Below, piece after piece: positions 53,600 through 62,131 of a stretch of 64,000 bases of DNA (its first letter is position 1; every line of letters starts with the position of its first letter). The position numbers and the translations under genes were made by a program. Source of the DNA: Anaeramoeba ignava BMAN (Eukaryota > Protista > Anaeramoebae); contig JAPDFW010000104.1 in NCBI GenBank assembly GCA_028826165.1, positions 62,001 to 126,000 on the forward strand, read 5' to 3'. The notes under the pieces are model-generated. The model made no database searches. It saw nothing but the letters and a program-made list of their open reading frames with translations, and was not told where the DNA came from.

Positions 53600-54178
53600 A
53601 TGTCAAAAAAAATTGAAATTCCAAATCATTCATATTACAGATTAATTAACACAGGACCAGTTATTCTAGGAACATTTAGAAGTGGAGAAAAACAAAACAT
53701 AACAACATTTGCTTGGACAACTCCATTAAGTAAAGATCCACCATTATTAGGAATAGCATTAGCTCCGGAAAGATACAGTTATGAACTTATTAAAGAATCC
53801 AATGTTTTTTGTGTTAATGTACCTAATTCATCAATTTTAAGCAAGGTTTTTGAAGCTGGAAATATTTCAGGAAGAGATTATGATAAATTCAAATTATTGG
53901 AACTTGATTTCACTGAAGCTGAAAAAGTTAATTGTCCTTTATTAACGGATTGCATTGGGAATATTGAATGTGAAGTTCAACAAATTGTTCATGTTGGTGA
54001 CCATTATTTTTTTATTGGTGAAGTCAAAAGAGCTATTGTTTCTGAAGAGATTTGGGAAAACAATCATTTAAATCTCAAAAAAGAAAATGGTCAAACTGTT
54101 CATCATCTTGGAGATCAATACTTTACTATTCCAAATCAAATTACTGAAGCGAAATTCTTTTCTCGAGAAAAGAAATAA
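53600..54178 (+). CDS. Flavin reductase-like / flavoredoxin family FMN-binding protein
   Basis: ATG at 53600. YRLINTGPVIL..NITTFAW..PPLLGIAL..YSYELIKES..FCVNVP..SGRDYDKF..IECEV..GDH motifs. Intronless. Confidence 0.9.
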   Translation: MSKKIEIPNHSYYRLINTGPVILGTFRSGEKQNITTFAWTTPLSKDPPLLGIALAPERYSYELIKESNVFCVNVPNSSILSKVFEAGNISGRDYDKFKLLELDFTEAEKVNCPLLTDCIGNIECEVQQIVHVGDHYFFIGEVKRAIVSEEIWENNHLNLKKENGQTVHHLGDQYFTIPNQITEAKFFSREKK

Positions 54179-54263
54179 TTTTCCACATTTTTGCTTTTTT
54201 TTTTTGCTTTTCGAAATTCCACATTTTTTGAAATAAAAAAAATTTTTTTCTTTCTTTTTGCTT

Positions 54264-57074
54264 TTATTTCAAGTTTTTTAATTTTTCTTGTAATTCAAAT
54301 AAAAATAAATCAATTATTGAATTTTCATTTAATTGATAAAAATCTTTTAAATCTTCATATTCTTCAATTTTTTGTTTTAATATTTCATTCTTTTTATCAA
54401 ATTCATCGTGATAAAAAAAATAAATTAATTGTTGAATTGTTTCAAATGATTTTCCTGAATAATCATGAACTTTATTTGAGGAATCTTGAACATTTAATTG
54501 AAACATCCCTTTAAATAAATCACTTCTTATTATTAGGATTAATTTATGAATTTTGACTTCTTTTTCATTTGAGCAAATTATTGTAAAATCTTTCGTTTCT
54601 TCTTGTTGATATAATTTTTGAAAATCTTTGATTATTCCTTTTCTTCCTTCTTTTGATTCAACCCATTTTGAATCAAATCCAATTTCTTTGAAAAAATCTT
54701 GGATTGTTTGATATTGTTTTTGAGCTAATTCAGAAAGTTTTTTTTCTTCATCTTCATTTTGTTGATTTTGTTGAATAGATTCATTGTCATCAAAAGAGAA
54801 TATTCTCATTCTTTTTTGTTTTCTCTCGATTATTTTTTGTTGATATTCTTTTAATTTTTTCAAATCACAAAAACCAGTATAAAGGAAATTCAATAAAATT
54901 TCAACATCTTCTTTTGGCTTTTCTTGGCATTTTTGGATAAATTTTTTTAGAATTGAAGTATTATTGTTAAATCTTGATAAAAGAATCATTTTATGAGCTT
55001 GGAATTTGAATCCGTCATTTGATTGAATTTGGTAATCTGGAAAATTATCGTTTGAATTTAATAAATTGTTCAAATCATCATTCAATGAGGAAATTTTCAA
55101 GAATAATTGAAAAAAATCATTTGTTATTGCATCACCTAAATCGAAAATATTAGCATTATTCATCAACAAAAGCTTGATTAAATCAACCTTTTCTTTTTGG
55201 ATTGCAAAAGAAAGAGCGTTTTCTTGATTATTGTTTTTGGCATTCAAATCAATCCCTTTATCAATTAAGTATTGTATGCATTCAAGCGAGTTTATTTTGC
55301 ATGCATAATGAAGAGCTGTTTCATTTTCCTCATTTTTTGCATTAATATCAATTCCCTTTTCAACAAGTAAATTAATAACTTCCATGGAATTATAATTTTT
55401 ACATGCATGATGTAAAGCTGTTTCTTTTTCACTTGATTTCCCGTTAATATCAATTCCATTTTCAATTAAATATTGGATAATTTCATATGGACTGTGAATT
55501 ATACAACAGAAATGTAAAAGGAGCTGATCTTCATTAGATTTTGATTGCATATCAATTCCGTTTTCAACCAAATATTTTATTGTTTCCATCGAATGATTTT
55601 TACATGCAAAATGCAAAGCTGTTTTTCTTCTTTTTGTTATTGCATTCAGATCTGCTCCTTTTTCTATCAAATACTTGATAACTTCAAATGAATTTGCTTC
55701 ACAAGCATAATGCAATGGAGTTGCATCCAAAAAATCTTTGGCATCTATATCTGCTCCTTTTTCAACCAAATACTTCACAATTTGGAATGAATTTTTTGTG
55801 CTACATGCAATATGCAAAGATGTTTCAAGATCGAAATTTGCTTTTGCATTAATTTCGATTCCATTTTCAATGAGAAATTGCACAATTTCCAGAGAATTGT
55901 TTTTACAAGCCAAATGCAAAGCAGTTTCATTCTTTGATGATTCATTTATATCAACTCCTCGAGCAACAATCAACTTTATAATTTCAAGTGAGCAATTATT
56001 TTGACAAGCCAAATGCAAAGTAGTTTCATTCTTCTCTGTTTTCGATAATATATCAACTCCTTTTTCTATTAAATATTTAATAACTTGATTAGATTTACTT
56101 GGGAAAGCAAAATCCAAAACAGACTGATTCCAAATAGTTTTTGCATTTATGTAAATTCCATTCTCAACCAAATATCTGATGATTTCAAGCGATGGATTTT
56201 TCTCGCAACAAATAAAATGCAGAGCTGAGTATTTTTCTTTTGTTTTTGAATTAATATCAACATCATTTGAAATCAAATATTGGATAATTTCAATTGATGG
56301 ATTGTATTTGCAAATAATATGCAAAACAGATTCTTTTTCATCATTTCTTGCATTGATATCTGCCTCATTTTCAACAAGAAATTTGATAATTTGGATTAAA
56401 TTTTTTTGAGTATTATATTGGCAAACAAGAAGTAAAGGTGTTTCATTTCTTTTTGTTGTTGAATTAATTCGGGCTCCTTTTTCAACAAGAAATTTTATAA
56501 TATCAAATGCATATTCTGTGTTTTGATAACGACAAACAAAATGCAAAGGTGATTGATAAAAATGCTCTTCCTGATAATTAATTTGAACTCCTTTTTCAAC
56601 AAGGAATTTGATAATTTCTAATGCTTTAAATTTGTTATTTTGACAAGCTAAATGTAAAAGTGTTTTATCACTAAATTTGCAAATTGAATGAATATCAGCT
56701 CCTTTCTCAACAAGTAATTTGATAGTTTGAAGGGAATCTTCTCTTTTTAAATGAATTAATGCAGATTCAATAACTGTTTTTTGTTCATAATCTCTAATAT
56801 CAATTGAAGCTTTTTTTTCAATTAGAAAATTTATTATTTCAAATTCTGAATTATTTATAATTGCAAAATGTAAAGAATTTCTTCCAAATTTATCATTAAT
56901 ATTTGGATCTGCTCCTTTTTCAATTAGAAATTGAATTGTTTGAATTGAAGCTTTATTTTCAATTGCAAAATGTAAAATTGGTTTTGTTTTTTTTATTAAA
57001 ATTTTTTTTGGAATTGATTCAATTTGTTTTAAAAATTCTAAATTATTTTCTTGAATTGCTTTCCAAAAATTCAT
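54264..57074 (-). CDS. Ankyrin-repeat (~18 repeats) plus tandem BTB protein
   Basis: Intronless 936-aa ORF with many GADINA..T.LH repeats. C-terminal FQAHKMILLSR and KIHKLILIIRSDLFKGMF are similar to the RCC1-BTB tails. Confidence 0.92.
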   Translation of the reverse strand: MNFWKAIQENNLEFLKQIESIPKKILIKKTKPILHFAIENKASIQTIQFLIEKGADPNINDKFGRNSLHFAIINNSEFEIINFLIEKKASIDIRDYEQKTVIESALIHLKREDSLQTIKLLVEKGADIHSICKFSDKTLLHLACQNNKFKALEIIKFLVEKGVQINYQEEHFYQSPLHFVCRYQNTEYAFDIIKFLVEKGARINSTTKRNETPLLLVCQYNTQKNLIQIIKFLVENEADINARNDEKESVLHIICKYNPSIEIIQYLISNDVDINSKTKEKYSALHFICCEKNPSLEIIRYLVENGIYINAKTIWNQSVLDFAFPSKSNQVIKYLIEKGVDILSKTEKNETTLHLACQNNCSLEIIKLIVARGVDINESSKNETALHLACKNNSLEIVQFLIENGIEINAKANFDLETSLHIACSTKNSFQIVKYLVEKGADIDAKDFLDATPLHYACEANSFEVIKYLIEKGADLNAITKRRKTALHFACKNHSMETIKYLVENGIDMQSKSNEDQLLLHFCCIIHSPYEIIQYLIENGIDINGKSSEKETALHHACKNYNSMEVINLLVEKGIDINAKNEENETALHYACKINSLECIQYLIDKGIDLNAKNNNQENALSFAIQKEKVDLIKLLLMNNANIFDLGDAITNDFFQLFLKISSLNDDLNNLLNSNDNFPDYQIQSNDGFKFQAHKMILLSRFNNNTSILKKFIQKCQEKPKEDVEILLNFLYTGFCDLKKLKEYQQKIIERKQKRMRIFSFDDNESIQQNQQNEDEEKKLSELAQKQYQTIQDFFKEIGFDSKWVESKEGRKGIIKDFQKLYQQEETKDFTIICSNEKEVKIHKLILIIRSDLFKGMFQLNVQDSSNKVHDYSGKSFETIQQLIYFFYHDEFDKKNEILKQKIEEYEDLKDFYQLNENSIIDLFLFELQEKLKNLK

Positions 57075-57135
57075 TTCGAAAATAAAAAAATAAAAAAATT
57101 AAAATTTTCATTTTTCTTTTTTCTTTAAATTTTAA

Positions 57136-60100
57136 ATGGAAATTTTTTCTAAAATAGAAAATGGAGAATTTGAAGAAATTCAAAAAATTATTGAACAAGG
57201 AGGAGATGTAAATCAAAAAGATGATGTAGGAAAAACACCTTTACATTATGCAGTTTTAACGCCTCATATTGATATTGTTGATTATGTAATTTTACAATCA
57301 AATTTATAACAAAATTTATAATTAAATTTATAATTAAATTTATAATTAAATTTATAATTATATTTATAATTAAATTTATAATTAAATTTATAATTAAATT
57401 TATAATCAAATTTATAATAAAATTTATAACAAAATTTATAATTATATTTATAATTAAATTTATAATTATATTTATAATTAAATTTATAACAAAATTTATA
57501 ATTAAATTTATAATTAAATTTATAATTAAATTTATAATTAAATTTATAATTAAATTTATAATTAAATTTATAATTAAATTTATAATTAAATTTATAATTA
57601 AATTTATAATTAAATTTATAATTAAATTTATAATTAAATTTATAATTAAATTTATAATTATATTTATAATTAAATTTATAATTAAATTTATAATTAATTT
57701 TTATAACAAAATTTTAATTAAATTTATAACAAAATTTATAATTAAATTTATAATTAAATTTATAATTAAATTTATAATCAAATTTATAATTAAATTTATA
57801 ATTAAATTTATAACAAAATTTATAACAATTTAAACAGAATTTATAATTAAATTTATAATTAAATTTATAATTAAATTTATAATTAAATTTATAATTAAAT
57901 TTATAATTAAATTTATAATTAAATTTATAATTAAATTTATAATTAAATTTATAATTAAATTTATAATTAAATTTATAATTAAATTTATAATTAAATTTAT
58001 AATTAAATTTATAATTAAATTTATAATTAACTTTATATTTATATTTATAATTAAATTTATAATTAAATTTATAATTAAATTTATAATTAAATTTATAATT
58101 AAATTTATAACAAAATTTATAATTAAATTTATAATTAAATTTAAATTTTTATAATTAAATTTATAATTAAATTTATAACTAAATTTATAATTATATTTAT
58201 AACTAAATTTATAATTAAATTTATAACAAAATTTATAATTAAATTTATAATTAAATTTATAATAAAATTTATAATTAAATTTATAATTAAATTTATAATT
58301 AAATTTATAATTAAATTTATAATTAAATTTATAATTAAATTTATAATTAAATTTATAATTAAATTTATAATTAAATTTTATAATTATATTTATAATTAAA
58401 TTTTTTATATATTTATAATTATATTTATAATTATATTTATAATTAAATTTATAATTAAATTTATAATTATATTTATAATTAAATTTACAATTATATTTAT
58501 AATTATATTTATAATTAAATTTATAATTAAATTTATAATTAAATTTATAACAATATTTATAATTAAATTTATAATTATATTTATAATTATATTTATAATT
58601 AAATTTATAATTAAATTTATAATTAAATTTATAATATTTATAATTAAATTTATAATTAAATTTATAATTAAATTTATAATCAAATTTATAATTAAATTTA
58701 TAATTAAATTTATAACAATATTTTATAACTAAATTTATAATTAAATTTATAATTAAATTTATAATTAAATTTATAATTATAAATTTATAATTATATTTAT
58801 AATCAATTATGAATAAAATTTATAATTAAAATTTATAATTAAATTTATAATTATATTTATAATTAAATTTATAATTAAATTTATAATTAAATTTATAACA
58901 ATATTTATAACAATATTTATAATTAAATTTATAATTAAATTTATAATTAAATTTATAATTAAATTTATAATTAAATTTATAATTATATTTATAATTAAAT
59001 TTATAATTAAATTTATAATTAAATTTATAATTAAATTTATATTTATAATTAAATTTATAATTATATTTATAATTATATTTATAATTAAATTTATAATTAA
59101 ATTTATAATTAAATTTATAATTATATTTATATTTATATTTATAACAAAATTTATAATTAAATTTATATCAAAATTTAATTTAGCTTCTTTTTAAAGGAGC
59201 TGATCCAAATATTGAAGATGATGATGGAAATACACCACTTCACAAAGTTGCATTAAAAGGAAATTTAGAAGTTGTTCTTGCATTAATTGGAAAAGGAGCA
59301 AATCAAAAACCTAATTTTAGAGGACATCTTCCACAACAAATAGCAGCTAAACTTCGACATACAGAATGTGTTGATGCACTTTCTAGTCCAGCAAAATTTC
59401 AACGAAAAAGACCATCAAAATTTGCATCAAATGAACAAAAATCAACTCAAAATAATGAATCTCAAGAAAATCAATTAAATACTTCAACAAAACCAAAATT
59501 AGAAACAAAAACAAAAACAAAAACTAAAACTAAAACTAAAACTAAAACTAAAACTAAACCAAAATTACAATCAAAATCAAAATTACAATCAAAAACTAAT
59601 ATCAAAAAGAAAAGTAGAAGAAATTTCCTTCAAAAAATGTCACAAGATTTCCAAAATAAATCAGAAATTCCTGATCAAAATAATTTACAACAAAGTCAAG
59701 AAGTTAATTTACAAGAAGATAATAAAATTGAAGAAGATAATAAAATTGAACAAGATAATAAAATTGAACAAGATAATAAAATTGAAGAAGATAATAAAAT
59801 TGAACAAGATAATAAAATTGAAGAAGAAAATCAAGAAAATCAAGAAAATCAAGAAAATCAAGAAAATAAAATTGAACAAGAAAATCAAGAAAATAAAATT
59901 GAAGAAAATGTTATTAAAAAAAAGAATCCCAAAAAAAATCCCAAAAAAATTACCAAAAAAAAAAGGAATATTCAAGAAAATAAAATTGAAGAAAATAATC
60001 AAAATGATGAAAATAATGAAAATGATGAAAATAATCAAAATGATGAAAATAATAAAATTGATGAAAATGAACAAGAAATTGAACAAGAAATTGAAGAAGA

Positions 60101-60746
60101 AATTGAACAAGAAATTGAACAAGAAATTCCAAAAACAAAATTTAAATTTGATTTTAAAAATTTTCAACAACCAAAAAGATTTATTAAGCAACCTCAAGAA
60201 TCTAAACTCCATTTTTCACCAAAAAATATTGAAAAATTAATGGAAAAACCAGTAAATCAATGGGAAATTTCAGATGTTTCAAATTGGATATATTCAATCG
60301 GATTTCCAAATTATGTTTCAAATTTCACTCAAAATCATATTAACGGAAATTTTCTTTTAAGTTTAAACTTGGAAAATTTGGAAAAAGAAATTAAAATTGA
60401 TTCATTTGGAGCAAGAAAATTAATTTATGAAAAAATTTCTTTACTTTCTTCTCAAATTTCAAAATCCTCTTTAAGTTTTATTGATAATCCAAAAGGATCT
60501 GTTACAATTTTTATTCCTGAATCACTTTCTATTTCTAATTCTTTAAATCAACCAGTTTTTCAAATTATTTTAAATTTACCTTCTTTTGAAATTCTTAAAG
60601 AAAAAATATCTTCAAAATTAAAAATTCCTAAAGAAAATATTAAAAGAATTATTTCAGGAAAAAATCCACCAATTAATATTATTGACGATTTTGATGTTTC
60701 TCAACTTAAAAATGGAGATTATTTATTTCTCCAAATTGAAAAATAA
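57136..60746 (+). CDS. Ankyrin-repeat plus SAM domain protein
   Basis: Exon 1 57136-57285 (DVNQKDDVGKTPLHYAV), intron 57286-59183, exon 2 (GADPNIEDDDGNTPLH) in frame with ORF 59637-60746. SAM domain WEISDVSNWIYSIGF..F..NHING..LL.L..I..FGAR. Confidence 0.88.
57286..59183 (+). repeat. 1898-nt intron of (TAAATTTATAAT)n
   Basis: Highly regular 12-mer array bounded by GT and AG. Confidence 0.9.
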
Positions 60747-60874
60747 ATTAAAAAAAAAAAGCAAAAAAAAAATATTTTTTAATCATTTTTTAATCATTTT
60801 TTCATTTTCATTTTATTTTGAATTTGAATTTTAATTTGATTTAAATTTTAATTTGTGTTCTTCTTTTCTTTTAA

Positions 60875-62067
60875 ATGCTTTCTTATTGTAAAAAAAATTA
60901 AAATTAAAATTAAATTTTTTTTAACGAAATAAATTAAAAATTTAAACTTAAAAAAAAAGGGGCAGGAATTCATTTAGTAGTTGGAGCAATTCTAGCTACA
61001 ATTATTGCAGCTCCTTGTATTGGAGTTGCAGCAACAGATCGAAATAAAGTAAAAATAATTTATTTAATTTATAACTTTAATTATTTAATTGAAATTCTTC
61101 TTTTAATTTATAACTGAAAATTTAATTGAAATTCTTCTTTTAATTTATAACTGAAAATTTAATTGAAATTCTTCTTTTAATTTATAACTGAAAATTTAAT
61201 TAGGATTGCCCGAAATCTCTTTGGACTTGGGTTTTAATTTGTAATATTGGTATTTATGTTAGTTTAATTCCTACTCTTTTTGGAATGTTTACTGAATCTG
61301 CTTGGGCTTATTTGGTTGTTTGTACAATTCCAATTCTTTTCTTATTTATTTGGGCTATAATTGGGTTAGCTTGGGCAAAATCAGATGGAGTTGTAAGTTT
61401 TTCTTTTTAATTTCTTTAAATTATAAATAAAATTCCTAAATAAATTCCTAAATAAATTCCTAAATAAAATTATAAATTAAATTTATAAATAAATTCCTAA
61501 ATAAATTCCTAAATAAATTCCTAAATAAATTCCTAATAAAATTATAAATAAATTATAAATTAAATTATAAATAAAATTATAAAATTCATAAATAAATTAT
61601 AAATAAAATTATAAATAAAATTATAAATAAATTCCTTAAATAAATTATAAATAAATTCCTAAATAAATTAAATTAAATTAAATAAATTCCTAAATAAATT
61701 ATAAATAAATTCCTAATAAAATTATAAATAAATTTATAAATAAATTATAAATAAATTATAAATAAAATTATAAATAAAATTATAAATAAATTCCTAAATA
61801 AATTCCTAAATAAAATTCCTAAATAAATTATAAATAAATTATAAATAAAATATAAATAAAATTCATAAATAAATTTATAAATTAAATTATAAATAAATTA
61901 TAAATAAAATTATAAATTGGAAATATTTTTAGAAAGATGCATGTGGACGTTTATATGATGTTACTTTTGGTGAATCAATATTTTTAGTTATTGCTTATCC
62001 TTGTTTAATCTTTTTATCATATTGTGGTGTACTTCTTGTTCTCAATATGCCTGGACCAAATGGCTAA
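60875..62067 (+). CDS. Small 4-TM protein (TMEM272-like Cys/Trp pattern); missed by the ORF track
   Basis: Exons 60875-60887, 60960-61048, 61204-61392 and 61933-62067 splice in frame: MLSYWAGIHLVVGAIL..DCPKSLWTWV..FLFIWAIIGLAW..CGRLYDVTF..*. Confidence 0.75.
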
Positions 62068-62131
62068 AAAAAATTTAATCCAAAAATTCATTTTTCAAAT
62101 TAAATTTTTCATTTTTAATTTTAATTTAAAA

